64,000 bases of DNA from Octopus vulgaris. Taxonomy: Eukaryota. The stretch spans positions 116,188,001 through 116,252,000 of the forward strand of contig OX597820.1 of the NCBI GenBank assembly GCA_951406725.2, in the 5' to 3' direction. The notes beneath the pieces were generated by a model. That model was not told the origin of the DNA, did no database searches, and worked only from the letters and a program-made list of their open reading frames with translations. Below are positions 61,703 through 64,000 of this stretch, piece by piece. The number at the start of each line of letters is the position of its first letter. Positions within the stretch are counted from its first letter, which is position 1. Position numbers and translations under genes: made by a program.

Positions 61703-62548
61703 TTTGTTATATTTAAAATTAATTGAAAGAAATACAGAGCATCTCAACAGAAATATGGTAACAAAAGGGTCAAACAATTTAGAAGAAAGTGGGTATTACT
61801 ATACATGCTTTTCACAAATCATCTAATCTATCTTTCACCCACTCTACTGTTCATCCACCACTACTACTACTACTACTACTACACACACACACACACACAC
61901 ACACACACTGTTTTGAAGCAACTATTTCAGAAACTTCTCAACATTATGTAAACCTTTAGATTTCATGTGTTTAACAGGATGTCCCGTGTCTATGTGTACG
62001 TAACTAAATGATTTCCAATAGCTTAAACAAATTGTGTCCCACAATGTTTAGGAAGGGGGTTAGGGTATTCAGGTAGCAGGTACACATTTACTGGTTTTGA
62101 TAGGGATTCAATGGAAAAAAAATTACCAAAAAACGAAAAAAATCTCCCTCAGTTTAATAATAATGACTTTATATCTTGGTTGAAGTGGGGTGAGGAACAT
62201 GTCAGAATGAATTGACCTTATTACGTGGTACTTATTTTCTTGAACCCATTTTCAGCCTAACTGCTATGTCTACCAATAGTAATAATGGTTTCAAATTTTG
62301 GCACAAGGCCAGCAATTTTAGGGGGGAGGAAGTAGTTGCTTTATCAACCCTAGCACTTATAATTCTATTTGTTTTAGTCATTTACTGTGGCCATGCTGGA
62401 GCACCGCCTTTATTCGGAACATTGATCCTAGGACTTAGTCTTTGTAAGCTGAGTACTTATTCTGTCGATCTCTTTTGCCGAACCGCTAAGCTGTGGGGAT
62501 GTGAACACACCAACTTCAGTTGTCAAGCAAGGGTGGTGGAGACACACA

Positions 62549-62584
<36 letters not shown>

Positions 62585-63882
62585 ATGGGCTTCTTTCAGT
62601 TTCCATCTACCAAATCCACTCACAAGACTTCGGTCAGCCTGAGGCTTTAGTAGAAGACACTTGCCCAAGGTGCCATGCAGTGAGACTGAACCCAGAACCA
62701 TGTGGCTGGGAAGCAAGCTTTTTAACCACACACCCACTCCTGCCCCTTCACTGGCACTTATTTTATTGACCCTGAAAAGATGAAAGGCAAAGTCGACTTC
62801 ACTGAAATTTGACCACAGAATGTAAAGGCAGACGAAATGCCGCAAAGCATTTTGCCTGGTATGCTAACCATTGTGCCAGCTCACCACAATAATAATAATA
62901 ATAATGGTTTCAAATTTTGCCACAAGGGCAGCAATTTGGTGGGTTAGGGGGTGTTGTTTACATCGACCCCAGTGTTCAACTGGTACTTACTTTATTGACC
63001 CCAAAAGGATGAAAGGTAAAGTTGACCTTGGCGGAATTTGAACTCAGAACATATCAAGACAAAAGAAGCATTTCTCCTGGCGTGCTAACCAATTCGGCCA
63101 GCTCACTCTTTAATAATAATAATAATAATCATCATCATCATCATTTAACGTCCGCTTTCCATGCTAGCATGGGTTGGACGGTTCAACAGGGGTCTGGGAA
63201 GCCCGAAGGCTGCACCAGGCCAGTCAGATCTGGCAGTGTTTCTACAGCTGGATGCCCTTCCTAATGCCAACCACTCCGTGAGTGTAGTGGGTGCTTTTTT
63301 ATGTGTTACCGACACAGGTGCCAGACGAGGCTGGCGAACGGCCACGCTCAGATGGTGTTTTTTACGTGCCACCGGCACGGAGGCCAGGCGAGGATGGCAC
63401 AGCCACGATCGGATGGTGTTTGTTACGTGCCACCAGCACGGAGGCCAGTCGTTGCGGTACTGGCTACGGCCACGTTCGGATGGTTTTCTTATGTGCCACC
63501 GGCACTGGTACCACAAAACTACAAATTCCATTGATGTTCACACATGTATACATGCATTTTCATGATGTTATGTGTGCATATCCATAATATATACCAAATG
63601 TTACCCTCTACTGAATCACTTTGGTCACTTTCATCTTTAAGTTGTTCACTTTTGGAATTAAATTTCTTGGGTGGTAGAATAACTGTTTTCCCCAAAATTC
63701 ACTTCTTGTTTAAAATGTTTCAAAATGCTCAGGAATTTTCAAGTAATTTCACCTGTGTGGTAGCCAGAAGGTTTTGAGGTAGCTGACTTTCTTAGTTAAT
63801 TCTTAGTTAATTCCACATTCTACAAGTACATCTGGTATAGTGTTGGCTAAAAAAGTCAATAAAGTCCCATTAAACGGTGGAG

Positions 63883-63952
63883 TTTCCAGATTAATCCTTA
63901 ATCCAGCTGTAATCTATTCAGATTACAGCTGGATTAAGGATTAATCTGGAAA
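63883..63952. repeat. perfect 33-bp inverted repeat with a 4-nt loop
   Basis: tttccagattaatccttaatccagctgtaatct-attc-agattacagctggattaaggattaatctggaaa. Confidence 0.95.
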
Positions 63953-64000
63953 TAAAATAAGTGCCAGTCAAAGGGCAGGAGTGGGTGTGTGGTTAAAAAG

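Noticed and set aside
62212-62769. 185-aa ORF with a hydrophobic stretch
   Set aside because: Runs through antisense SINE sequence and a TA tract; not a gene.
52120-64000. Exon 2 of the SDR gene (expected GCDSGFG-like start)
   Set aside because: No acceptor followed by such codons was found by eye; presumably beyond the window.

Overview
AT-rich, intron- and repeat-dense eukaryotic DNA. The repeat families (Nin-domain and Meta-domain tRNA SINEs, RTE, Dong/R4, Penelope-type repeats) suggest an octopus or other coleoid cephalopod; this is inference. Manual splice reconstruction supports three protein-coding genes: (1) SYCP3, + strand, 8 coding exons, 3981-17594, 225 aa, intact; (2) EMC10, - strand, 7 exons, 51514-21685; (3) the first exon of an HSD17B2/BDH1/RDH-like short-chain dehydrogenase, + strand from 51825, head-to-head with EMC10 across a ~310-bp promoter. 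Most of the supplied ORFs are artefacts of repeats. The most unusual observations are: EMC10 exon 5 keeps its frame and near-orthologous length, but its middle 69 nt are an exact copy of an intronic repeat 798 bp away and carry three in-frame stops; a short element, present twice, joins a tRNA/Pol III head to a minimal hammerhead ribozyme and has a Penelope-like inverted 5' arm and TSDs; a 2,035-bp TSD-flanked ORF1-only (half-L1-like) element sits inside a SINE in SYCP3 intron 5; and there are several 58-70-bp fold-back palindromes and short-range templated duplications. No CRISPR arrays or prokaryotic systems were seen. Coordinates were counted by hand and repeat boundaries are approximate.
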